Assembly: GCA_030390025.1 (NCBI GenBank)
Contig: CM059432.1
Span: 66,218,001 to 66,282,000, forward strand
Reading direction: 5' to 3'
Source of the DNA: Squalus acanthias
Lineage: Eukaryota
Length of the DNA: 64,000 nucleotides
The notes below the pieces were generated by a model. It saw only the letters and a program-made list of their open reading frames with translations, had not been told where the DNA came from and ran no database searches. Every line of letters starts with the position of its first letter. Within the stretch, counting starts at the first letter, position 1. Below are positions 39,219 through 50,940 of this stretch, piece after piece. The translations under genes and the position numbers were made by a program.

Positions 39219-40729
39219 ATAAGAACATAAGAACATAAGAAATAGAAGCAGGAGTAGGCCATTTGGCCCTTCGAGCCTGCTCCGCCATTCAATAAGATCA
39301 TGGCTGATCTTCTACCACATCTCCACTTTCCTGCACTATCCCCATATCTCTTGATTCCCTTAATATTAAAAAATCTATCGATCTCTGTCTTAATATACTC
39401 AACGACTGAGCCTCCACAGCCCTCTGGGGTAGAGAATTCCAAAGATTCACCACCCTCTGAGTGAAGAAATTTCTCCTCATCACAGTCCTAAATGGCCGAC
39501 CCCTTATTCTGAGACTGTGACCCCTGGTTCTAGACTCCCCAGCCAGGGGAAACATCCTCCCTGCATCTACCCTGTCAAGCCTTGTAAGAATTTTGTATGT
39601 TTCAATGAGATCACCTCTCATTCTTCTAAACTCTGAAGAATATAGGCCTAGTCTACTCAATCTGTCCTCCGAGAACAATCCCCCCATCCCAGGAATCAGT
39701 CTGGTGAACCTTTGTTTCCCTTCCTCTATGGCAAGCATATCCTTCCTTAGGTAAGAAGACCAAAACTGTACACAATACTCCAGGTGTGGTCTCACCAGGG
39801 CCCTATATAATTGCAGCAAGACGTCTTTACTCTTATACTCAAATCCTCTTGTAATAAAGGCCAACATACCATTTGCTTTCCTAATTGTTTGCTGTACCTG
39901 CATGTTAACTTTCAGTGATTCGTGTACAAGGACACCCAGGTCCCTCTGAACACCAACATTTCCCAATCTCTCACCATTTAAAAAATACTCTGCTTTTCTA
40001 TTCTTCCTACCAAAGTGGATAACTTCACATTTCTCCACATTATATTCCATTTGCCATGTTCTTGCCCACTCACTTAGCCTGTCTATATCCCCTTGAAGCC
40101 TCTTTGCATCCTCCTCACAACTTACATTCCCACCCAGCTTTGTATCATCAGCAAACTTGGATATATTACATTTGGTCCCCTCATCCAAATCATTGATGTA
40201 GATTGTGAATAGCTGAGGCCCAAGCACTGATCCTTGCGGTACCCCACTAGTTACAGCCTGCCAACCCGAAAATGACCCATTTATCCCTACTCTCTGTTTT
40301 CTGTCTGTTAACCAATCCTCAATCCATGCTAGTATATTACCCCCAATCCCATGAGCCCTAATTTTGTTTAATAACCTCTTGTGTGGCACCTTATCGAATG
40401 CCTTCTGAAAATCCGAATACACCACATCCACTGGTTCCCCCTTAACTATTCTGCTAGTTACAACCTCAAAAACCTCTAACAGATTTGTCAAACACAATTT
40501 CTCTTTCATAAATCCATGTTGACTCTGCCCAATCCTATTATTATTTTCTAAGTACCCTGTTACCACGTCTTTAATAATAGATTCTAGCATTTTCCCTACT
40601 ACTGATGTCAGGCTAACTGGTCTGTAGTTCCCTGTTTTCTCTCTCCCTCCTTTCTTAAATAGTGGGGTTACATTTGCTACCTTCCAATCTGCGGGAACCG
40701 TTCTAGAATCTATGGAATTTTGGAAAATG
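39219..40729 (-). mobile_element. 5'-truncated CR1 with an open RT domain
   Basis: Part of 525-aa ORF 39298-40875 with SQHGF, DFQKAFD, GVPQGSVLGP and FADD; (TTCTTATG)n tail. Confidence 0.95.
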
Positions 40730-40881
40730 ACAAACTTGGATATATATTTTAGGTCATTCAGGTGGCACCATATGGCTTGTAACCCGTGAAGCATTATTGC
40801 TAATTTTTGAAAGCTTGTTGAACTAAGACGATACCTAGCAGCATTGAAAAATTCCTTAATACACAATGAAAGCAAGTAAAC
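40730..40881 (-). CDS. Candidate exon 5' part (VYLLSLCIKEFFNAARY...LKYISKF), in frame with the CR1 RT
   Basis: CATTCTAG acceptor; 50 open codons that do not resemble CR1. Confidence 0.4.
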
Positions 40882-41306
40882 CTAGAATGTCCTCATGGGG
40901 TTCATATTGGTGGTAATCTAGAATTGAGTACCTTCTAGAAACCATTAACTCAGAAAAAATGGCCTAAAATTGGATCGATCCCAGTGCAGGTGCACGCTCT
41001 TAATGAGGACGGCAGAAGGACCACAGCAAATTGGTTCACGGGCCTCATTTGCTTATTACCAGCAAGCTGTGGGCCCCCAGTTGTATCCCCAGTGGCAGTT
41101 CGCCGATCCCGGGGGCAGCGAGATTGGCCAGCTCAGACATCGGCTGAGGTCATTAGTAGAGGCCTGCGGGAGGGAGGGGTGAGCTGTGGACGGCAGCGGC
41201 CCATGGATTTAATGAGGAGCCAGAGGAGCACTTCTGAGTTGCAGTTGCAGGGAAACAATCTAAGATCTTTAAGGGTGTCAAGGATATCAATATAATTAAA
41301 GAACTT

Positions 41307-42042
41307 GGGGGAAAAATTGAGTCGTGCCCCCTTTAGGGTGCTAACATCGTGAGGGCGATACTTTTAGCGCCCCGAAAAAACTAGCTCCCCCGCAGCCGAA
41401 ATTCATTGGTAGCGCCCCAAGAGGGAAGCAGGGTGCTACTGGAAGTGCCCCGCCTCCCTCTTGGGGCACTGCGAGGGAATATCGTGGCGCCGCAGTACTG
41501 CAGGCCTTCCGCCCCTTCTTAAAGGGTAGGGGCCTTGCGCAGCACGACCTGGGGCCCAGCTGGGTCACCAAGGATTGGAGTGCCGGCAAAAGAGCCCGGC
41601 ACTCAAGAGAAGTGCCGGGCTCACAGAGCACAGCTGGCACCCCGCGGGCGGGGGGCTGAAGAGGAGGCCGGGGACGGCAGAGGGGGCAGGTGCTGGCAGG
41701 TGGCCAGCAACAAAAATGGCCGCCTGGCACCTCGCCTTTAATTAGCGTCGCCCCTGGCCGCAGGTAGGCCCCCGACCCCGTCAGACATAGCGTCTGGCGG
41801 TAAGTCAGGGGGCGCTACCGAAGATCGCGGCCGGGGCACAAGCGGGGCGCTGCACACGGCGATGACGTCATCGGTGGCGGCGTAGCACCGCGGGGCACTA
41901 ACGGTTACTGCCGCCGCTAACCTCCCACTGAATTTCGTGAGAGGTGTTGATGGTGCCGCGCCCGGGCACTAGTTGCTTTGCGCCCCATTTGCGCCCTCTG
42001 AGGGTGCTAACGGGAGGCGCAAAGCAACCAAATTTTTCCCCC
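41307..42042. mobile_element. Harbinger-type MITE
   Basis: Perfect TIRs GGGGGAAAAATT / AATTTTTCCCCC; flanks CTT/CTC. Confidence 0.85.
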
Positions 42043-42451
42043 CTCACATCTAATGCATATCTGTCGAGTCACACTTCACAAAGATATCACACCTCAAAGT
42101 GTCACACCTCAGAAGTCTCACACATCAAAAGCATCACACCTCACAAGTGTCACAATCAGAAACCATCTTCTATTAAATTTACTGTGTTGATTAGCTCAAA
42201 TGTTTAATTGACTAAATGTAAAGTAAATACAAATGAGTTCAGTTCACCAGATCAATAGGAAAGCTTTCAATTAGCAGTGAGAAAGCACCACAAAATCACC
42301 CAAACAAATTACTCATTTGTAGTCTTTGCTCGAGCTATCACTTGTGCAGCCTTACACTTGGGATTTTCCCACTGTCGAGTCTTCGATGACCAGCACCTTG
42401 AACAGGTGGACCTTTATCATGGTCTGGGCCTGACTGACTGACGGGTCTGTC

Positions 42452-42875
42452 ATAGAAACATAGAAACATAGAATCTAGGAGCAGGAGTAGGCCATTCGGC
42501 CCGTCGAGCCTGCTCCGCCATTCAATACGATCATGGCTGATCATCCAAATCCAGTACCCTGTCCCTGCTTTAATCCCCACAGTACACATATCCCACCCTA
42601 CCCCCGTAACCCCACGTATTTAATTCCCCTAACATATCCCATCCTATCCCCATAACCCCACATATTTAATCCCCCCTAACACTAAGGGTCAATTTTACCA
42701 TAGCCAAATCAACCTAACCCACACATTTTTGGACTGTGGGAGGAAACCGGAGCACCCGGAGAAAACCCACGCAGACACGGGGAGAATGTGCAAACTCCAC
42801 ACAGACAGTCACCCGAGGTCAGATTCGAACCCGGGTCTCTGGTGCTGTGAGGCACCAGTGCTAACCACTATGCTG
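42452..42875 (-). mobile_element. CR1-type tail (42452 to ~42580) joined to an HE1-like V-SINE
   Basis: V-domain reverse complement GGAGGAAACCGGAGCACCCGGAG.AAACCCACGCAGACACGGGGAGAATGTGCAAACTCCACACAGAC and tRNA-like head. Confidence 0.85.
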
Positions 42876-42951
42876 TCAGAAGAGGTTCTCCAAGGTAAAT
42901 GTAAAACTTTCCTTTGTGTGGTCAGCAGGAGCAGGACTGCAATTATTGTAT

Positions 42952-43293
42952 TATCACAGAATCACAGAATCCCCACAGTGCAGATAGAGGCCATTTCAGC
43001 CCATCGAGCTTGCACCGACACATATCCCACCCTATCCCCGTAACCCCACGTATTTAATCCCCCTAACACTAAGGGTCAATTTATCATAGCCAAATCAACC
43101 TAACCCGCACATCTTTGGACTGTGCTGCTCTTCCTCCTCTTCCATGTTAATGGAGGAAACCGGAGCACCCGGAGGAAACCCACGCAGACACGGGGAGAAT
43201 GTACAAACTCCACACAGACAGTCACCCGAGGCCGGATTCGAACCCGGGTCCCTGGCGCTGTGAGGCAACAGTGCTAACCACTATGCCACCGTG
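42952..43293 (-). mobile_element. HE1-like V-SINE with a templated insertion
   Basis: tRNA-like head CACGGTGGCATAGTGGTTAGCAC..GGTTCGAATCC on -, V-domain, CR1-like tail. Confidence 0.88.
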
Positions 43294-43402
43294 TTATGAC
43301 ATGATGCGTCGTTATTCAGGGAGATTACAGTCATAGAGGAACCGGTGCACTCATCTGATGCTGACTTATTCACTCAAGGGATGATTACTGGCAGTCATGT
43401 AG

Positions 43403-43545
43403 AAAGAAAAGAAAGACTTGCATTTCTATAGTGCTTTTCTCAACCACCGGACATCCCAAAGTGCTTTACAGCCAATGAAGTACTTTTTAAGTGCAGTCAC
43501 TGTTGTAATGTAGGAAATGCGGCAGCCAAATTGCGCACAGCAAGG
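43403..43545 (-). mobile_element. Deu-SINE/L2 3' tail fragment
   Basis: Reverse complement of the SINE tail. Confidence 0.75.
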
Positions 43546-43639
43546 TCCCACTCGCATTTCGCACTCGCCCGGCTGGCCCACCCGAAACACATGCTGGGTT
43601 AAAATTCACCAGCAGTATCTGGACACTGAAGAAGTTGAA

Positions 43640-44590
43640 TCCATTCCTGTTAATGTTCTGTGGGAAGCCTCAATGCAATATGAGTGCCATCGATTGCACT
43701 CTGGACCTAGGGGAAGCCAGCAACCCCATAAAACTGCATGGCCCTTTCTCTCTGCTGCCTTGCTGATATTCTGAAGGTTATGTATTAGGCTATTCTGCTG
43801 AAAAGTGACCTGATGAATACATGCTCATACTGCAGAGATCCCCCATGACTACCTGAAATGACCCTGTTCCATAAAAGTTGAGGGTGGTGGTCACCTTCAT
43901 AGCCACATGGAGAGCAGTGCAGCCAGATAGAAACATAGAAACATAGAAGATAGGAGCAGGAGTAGGCCATTCAGCCCCTCTAGCCTGCTCTGCCATTTAA
44001 TGAGATCATGGCTGATCATCCAAATTCAGTACCCTGTCCCTGCTTTCTCCCCATATCCCTTGATCCCTTTAGCCTTAAGAAATATATCTAACTCCTCTTG
44101 AATATATTTAATGAATTGGCCTCAACTGCCTTCTGTGGTAGAGAATTCCACAGGGTCACCACTCTCTGGGTGAAGAAATTCCTCCTCATCTCAGTCCTAA
44201 ATGGCTTACCCCTTATCCTTAGACTATGACCCCTGCTTCTGGACTCCCCCGCCATCGGGAACATTCTTCCTGCATCTAGTCTGTCTAGTCCTGTTAGAAT
44301 TAGAATTTTATAAGTTTCAAGATGAGTTAGACCTCAGGTCTTCATGCAGAAGTTCACAGAAATGCCTTATTGTATTTCTGGAGAAGTGCTCTCTTCTTAT
44401 GGCGAGCTCCTCAGAGAGGTCCTCATATGACCTATGCTGTCTGTATATTCTTTGGGGACAGTGAGGTAATAGCTGTGGTCTGCATCCTCCTTGAATGGTG
44501 CCTGACTCAACCTTTCTCTATCCTGTGCTGCTCTTCCTCCTCTTCCATGTTAATGGAGTACAGTTGTATGCCTGTGGGGAAAGCCATAAC
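43640..44590 (-). pseudogene. Decayed Harbinger transposase N-terminal half, split by a CR1 3' fragment (43928 to ~44320)
   Basis: Pieces PQRIYRQHRSYEDLSEE..HFCELLHEDL, ALHVAMKVTTTLNFYGTGSFQ, AGFP..VQSAIDGTHIAL. Confidence 0.8.
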
Positions 44591-44639
44591 TGCTGCTGAG
44601 ATGCCTTGACTGCGGGTAGGGGATCTGAAAATCTTCAAG

Positions 44640-45045
44640 GGTCCCACTCCAGGGTCTTGAGCACATAAATCTAGGCTGACACTCCAGTGCAATGCTACAC
44701 TGTTGGAGGTGCCGTCTTTCAGATGAGACGCTAAACCGAGGCCCCGTCTGCTCTCTCAGGTGGACGTAAAAGATCCCATGGCACTATTTCGAAGAAGAGC
44801 AGTGGAGTAATCCCCAGTGTCCTGGCCAATAGCTATCCCTCAATCAACATCACTAAAACAGATTATCTGGTCATTATCACATTGGTGTTTGTGGGAGCTT
44901 GCTGTGCGCAAATTGGCTGCCGCGTTTCCCACATTACAACAGTGACTACACTCCAAAAGTATTTCATTGACTGTAAAGCGCTTTGAGACATCCGGTGCTC
45001 GTGAAAGGCGCTATATAAATATAAGTCTTTCTTTTTCTTTTTTTT
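44640..45045 (+). mobile_element. Deu-domain SINE
   Basis: Matches the other copies. Confidence 0.85.
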
Positions 45046-45088
45046 CCGGTGAACAGGCTCTGGGAGAGACAGTCAGAATCAAGTCCAG

Positions 45089-45809
45089 GGGGGAAAAATT
45101 CGGTTGATTTGCGCCTCCCGTTAGCACCCTAAGAGGGCGCTGATGGGGCGCAAATTAACTAGCACCCGGGCGCAGCGCCACTAACGTCTCCCGTAAAATT
45201 CAGCGGGAGGTTAGTGGCGGCGGTAACCGTTAGCGCCTCGCGGCGCTGTACCTCCAACGATGACGTTATCGCCGTGTGCAGCGCCCAGCTTGCGCCCCGG
45301 CTGCGATCTTTGGTAGCGTCCTCTGACTTACCGCTGGACACTATGTCCAACAGGGTCAAGGTGGCCTACCTGTGGCCAGGGCGGCGCAAATTAAAGGGCA
45401 GATGCCGGGAGGCCATTTTTGTTGTTGGCCGTCTGCCAGCACCTGCCCCCATTGCTGTCCCCGGCCTTCTGTGAAGCCCCCCTGCGGGGTGCCGGCTGCG
45501 TTTCGTGAGCCCGGCACTCCTCTTCCTGGTGGCTCAGCTGGGCCCCGGGTCACGCTGCGCTAGGCCCCTCCCCTTTAATAAGGGGGGAAGGCCTGCAGTA
45601 CCGCGGCACGACGTGCCACAGCGCGTGGCGCTGCAGCGCGTAGTGCCGTGATATTCACTTGCAGTGCCCCAAGAGGGAGGCAGGGCACTTCCAGTAGCGC
45701 CCCGCCTGACTCTTGGGGCGCTATCAGTGAACTTCGGGCGCGGGGGCGCTAAAAGTAGTGCCCAAGCGAAGTTAGCGCCCCAAAGGGGGCACGACCCAAT
45801 TTTGCCTCC
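45089..45809. mobile_element. Harbinger-type MITE, inverted sibling of 41307-42042
   Basis: GGGGGAAAAATT / AATTTTGCCTCC termini; TSD CAG (45086-45088, 45810-45812). Confidence 0.87.
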
Positions 45810-47009
45810 CAGGACTTGACAGAAAAAAAGCTAATAGAAATGGATTCAAAAACTGTTTCCAAGCTGCAGAAATCACTATACAAATTATCCAGACTCTTCA
45901 ACCTCACAAATTCCTCACTTCCACTTTGATCAGGTGATTCTGGCAGCTGTTGCACCTCATTTATTTGAGGCTAACTGACCCAGAGTGCATTAGCAGTGCA
46001 AACCCAGGAAACTCCCAGCTGCAATACCACTGACTCTCACCTTAACATAGGCAAATGAGGCCAGTGGGGACTCAGTGGGCAGATGGTGGAACCGCTCAAA
46101 AAGCACAGGCGAAGCACGAGGTAAGGGTTTTAAAGATGCGCAAGCAGTGGAAACGGCTTCCACCCAAATTCCATCACTAAAATATTTCCTGCGTTTCCGC
46201 ACAGTAAATTCACCCCCCAGATGTCTGTTCTATTAGACTCATTGCATAAAACAATAGTGTTCTGTCACCGCATTCATTTTTGGAGAAAAGAATGACTCAA
46301 ATGTAATCCCAATACCTATGTAATAGCTATTCCGTAACAAGGGAAAATCTTTCAGCTTTCTGGGACCAGAGCAGATCACATTATCCTTTGGCAGAAAATC
46401 TATTTCCATTAATAGCCAGTGTGGGTTAACTGACAATGGGAGAATAGGAGTCAGAATTCTGCCTCTTGTTTCATGGAGCTGCTTTGTGGTAAAAGTTTTG
46501 CAAATCAAATGGCACCGACTTCCATTTTAAAGCTGAGGCTGGATAATGGTTCCAATGCTCAGCTAAAAATGAGGTACTGGTATTAACTAACATTCACACC
46601 ATTGCTTCTCCTACAGAGCATTTTAACGCTCTCAGCTGGTTACTCAGGGGCATGAAAGGAAAGATGACTGCCAGGTTTCCTCCCCACACCGCTCTAACTT
46701 GCCTCCTGGTACACTGATCAAGAAACAAGATTAATTGTCTCCTTAAGTTTGATCACCTAATCTTTCTGACTGAAGAATATATCATAGGTCGAAGAGCAGC
46801 AAACTTGACCAGTGAGCAGTGGGGACATAAAGTCCAAGAAAAGAAAACATTATTTTAAGTTCCATAAAGTTTGATTCATTTCAGCTTTTATTTCATTAGG
46901 TAAAAATCTCTTGACACCATTCCTCCTCTTTGAACTAAAATATGGGACTAGGCAAGTGATGGACTGTCCATAATTGCCATTAATTCAGCTAACTGATCAA
47001 CCGACATAC

Positions 47010-47050
47010 GGCATAATCCAAGCTGGGCATTGTGAATTCCTCCCCCACCT
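47010..47050 (-). CDS. Candidate 41-bp exon (xVGEEFTMPSLDYA), phase 1 to 0
   Basis: TCTTCTATTTCAG acceptor, GTATGT donor; phase fits the 40881 exon. Confidence 0.3.
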
Positions 47051-50000
47051 CTGAAATAGAAGACACTTGCTGCTTGCTGTAGTAGGCAGATTTAAGTGAC
47101 ATTGAGCCACATAACTTACACAGGCTATTAGTTGTTAGACTTACCAACTCTCCTGTATGTGTTAAGAATCTCATGCAGGAGATCATAATCTTCTACCTTC
47201 CCACCTGGAGACTGCAATCTCCTGCATGTAGGGACTGTTCCCTTGTCATTGCCTAAGCGACGAGAGAAGCTGCAGATGGTATGAAAGGCAGCAGGTGCCG
47301 TGCTCCTACTTTCAAACTTCAAAGAAACAACCAGCACAAATGCTGCCTTCAGTCCAATTTCTTTTTACACCTTCATTTATTTTATATTAACTTAAGAAAC
47401 ACGACTCGTACAAGGATTTCTGCCATAATTCCTCTTCACATCCACCCGACTCATGGTGCTCAGAGATGGGGTTTTGTCCAAACTGAACGGGACACTGGCC
47501 AACTCTGAGCTCATCATCAGACAGCAGTGCCTCATGATTGATAAAAATTTTAAAGGAGAAGGAAAAGCAAACAAAAATAAAACAGCAGTGATTCCGAAAA
47601 AGAAAGGCTTTACAAGAACTAAGAACAAAAATTAAAGTTAAATATCAGACTGAACTGAATTAAGGAGCCAGCCTTTATAAGTGGGCTTAAATTTATTTTA
47701 AACAACTGGTATTGGTGGGCTTTTAGACCAAATATGCCATGGAATTGCCATCATTTTTAACAGTGAAGTCACAAACCCATGGCGAAAATCACACACCAGT
47801 CAATACTGGGGGGCATCAGAGTCATCTAAGAATTCCGATTCAGAATAGCCAATAAATCCTGCCAACTTTAGGTATCTGAAATGCTACACTGACCTACACC
47901 GAACTCCACGAGTCCAGCCCATCTTACAGGGTCTGAAACAAAAGTCTACCCTTCGTACTGATAAGAGCTCAAAACTCGAAAAGGAACAAACGGCTAGTTT
48001 GTGAGAGAGAAATGAAGATCTCCTGCACTCTTGCTTGAAGATCAAAATCCCCTTGCAATTCCAGGTAGGTTATGAAGAGAGAAGGTGACATACAGAGAAA
48101 GGGAGACAGAGAAGGAGGAAAAATAGACATGGAAAAGAGGATGAGAGAAAGGAAAAGTACATTAATGTCCCCTGCAGCTCATGTAACAGATGCAGATTGT
48201 CGTTTTTAACCGTGTTTATGTTTTTGGCGTGAAGCAGCACCTCAAACATATGCCTCGCGACTGAAAATCTCACACCTAAGATCTGCCCAGTGATGACAGC
48301 TCTGTTAACTGCTTGTGCCACAATTACAGTTTAATTTCAAGTTCATAATTACGTGTACGAGCTACACAAATATCTGAAATGCATGGTTGCAGCATCAAGA
48401 GCAACTGTAGCTGTCAATAGGAGTAAAACTAGGGCCCTGAAATTCTTTGCGACAGGATCCCACTGGTTCGGCCAGGATTGCATCCGCCAGTGCCCTCCAG
48501 TTCTGAGCCTGGAATTTACAGGGTCAATGGGAGGGGCAGCCGGGCACAAGCGCCACTACAGGTGCATGTTTGCTACCCGCCTGTTCCATGTGGCTGCCCC
48601 TGCCCGGCATGAGGATAGGGTGATAGCCCAGTATTTTAAATCAGTCAAAAATCTTAGGAATGTAAGGGGTTCAGGAGTCTGTGTGATTGTAAAATGCTTT
48701 TTATATTAGTCAATGTATAAATATTATGTCATTTTGCAGCTGGTATGACTGAAATACAGGTGTGCATGTTGAAAACTTCAGACACACAGTAGTGGAAGGG
48801 TGAACTCCCTTCAAATTTGGTCATCCAATGGGGCAAGCATGTCTATGTATCACACAATATTCCATTCAGGATTGCTCAATCAAGACCCTATGGGTTAGAT
48901 TTTCTTGCCCTTTACCGCCTGCTTTTGGGCTGTACTGAGGAGAGTGAGTGAGGGAAATCAGGTGGGGAGCTGTTCCACCAGCTCTGTCACTTTCAGAATT
49001 GTCTTCAGAAGTGACAGTGGATACTAAGTACAACCACCAATAGTTATATTCAAATTGGATGTTAATAAAGGAAATATGTCGTTCAGCATGTTTCCTTCAT
49101 TAGCGCCTTCATGGGTGTTAGGAAAGCCATTGCATTCCAAGGCCCATCATTGCTAAGGAGGCGGGAATTATATTTGAAATGATCCACAAGCATTCAATCA
49201 TACAGCAATCAATTATACTTGGACAGTGCGCCGACTTTAAAATTCAAAAAATGGCAGCCGTCTTCAGCTGCCTTGGAGGGAGACAACCACGCTTCGTTGC
49301 TGCACCAACATTCCTCACCCCAAGAGGTGGGCTCCCAGGCACAGCTAGAAATCCCTTCAGTAGCCTGGCCGACAGTATTTAAATTAGCTGACCCAAGAAT
49401 ATCTATCTGTGTTAGCGTTGAAGGCCTAAGGGTGGGCACAAAATCTGCGGCAGCGCAGTTCCGGTAGAATTACCTCCAGGGACCATAATCTAGCTGCTTT
49501 TTTCTAAACTGATATTTCTGTTTTATTTCTTTGCATTCATAAATTATTTCTTTCTTTCCTGCATGCTGGTGAAGGTGACGAGTGTTAACAGTACTTTTAA
49601 TCTTCCTACAAGAAAGTTACACAGGAACAGCCTGGAGTGACTGGCACCTTAGTTTTCTCTCCTTAACAGTGAACGGTCGCAACAGTGCGCATTGTCCTCG
49701 GCAGTGTTAATGGGCTTGTACATGGTGGCGTCGGTCTAATTTCTAGTAACATACAGGTGAATGTCTGGCTCATTCTCCTCATGGTACATTATAGAGATGT
49801 GCCAGAGTTCCCCAGTGATTACAAAGACTCATACAATAGCAATTAGAATTACAAACAATTTGGATACACTTATTTATATACATAACTGTTTTCCCATGTC
49901 CTGGTTCTTTACATTGCCCTCATGTTTAAGTTACCACTTGTATGCAAATATCTATTTTGTTCTTAAAGCTGCAATATGGCTGGGATTTGCAGACATCAAA

Positions 50001-50282
50001 GTTACATGTGAATAATCTAACACTTGGCCCTTTAAGGAGCTTTTACATTGCACTACTGCTGCCAGGTTCCCCAAGCATAGGTCTCGTGCAACTGGCTACA
50101 AGCCAATGCAAAACTGCTGGGAGTTCCTAAGACCAGCGGCCCAGAAGACCTGCGAATAATAGCTCTTCCTAGCAGCCAGTGTTAGCTAGTCACAGCAATT
50201 TTGCATTAAGCTTGTAACCTAACTCCATAGGAACCTCACTTGGGGAACCCGCATTGCTATCAAGGATCTGGCGCAATGTAAG

Positions 50283-50751
50283 AGCCGTGGCTCAGTTGGT
50301 AGCATTCTCGCCTCTGAGTCAGAAGGTTGTGGATTCAAGTCCCACTCCAGAGACTTGAGCACAAAAAAATCTAGGTTGAGACTCCAGCGCAGTAGTGAGG
50401 GAGTGCTGCACTGGTGGAGGTGCCGTCTTTCAGATTAGACATTAAACCGAGGCACCATCTGCTCTCTCAGATAAATGTAAAAGATCCAATGGCACTATTT
50501 CAAAGAAGAGCAGTGGAGTTATCCCTGGTGTCCTGGCCAATATTTATCTCTCAATAAACATCACGAAAAAAAACCAGATTATCTGGTCAGTATCACATTG
50601 CTGTTTGTGGGACCTTGCTGTGCGCAATTTAGCTGCTGCTTTTCTTTCATTACAACAGTGACTACACTTAAAAACTACCTCATTGGCTATAAAGCACTTT
50701 GGGATGTCCTGAGGTAGTGAAAGGCACTATATAAATACAAGGCTTTCTTTC
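50283..50751 (+). mobile_element. Deu-domain SINE, full length
   Basis: A box, B box (GGATTCAAGTCCC), Deu core and tail. Confidence 0.88.
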
Positions 50752-50940
50752 AATAAGATCATGGCTGATCTTCGACCTCAACTCCACTTTCCCGCCCAAT
50801 CCCAATATCCCTTGATTCCCTTTGAGTCCAAAAATCTATTGATCTCAGCCTTGAAAATACTCAAGGACTGAGCATTCACAGCCTTCTGGGGTAGAGAATT
50901 CCAAAGATTCACAACCCTCTGATTTCCTCTCATCTCATCT

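Noticed and set aside
47190..47545. Further possible minus-strand exons
   Set aside because: Splice sites and phases are ambiguous.
50283..50350. tRNA gene-like sequences (also 11437, 55187, 43230-43293)
   Set aside because: SINE heads that continue into SINE bodies.
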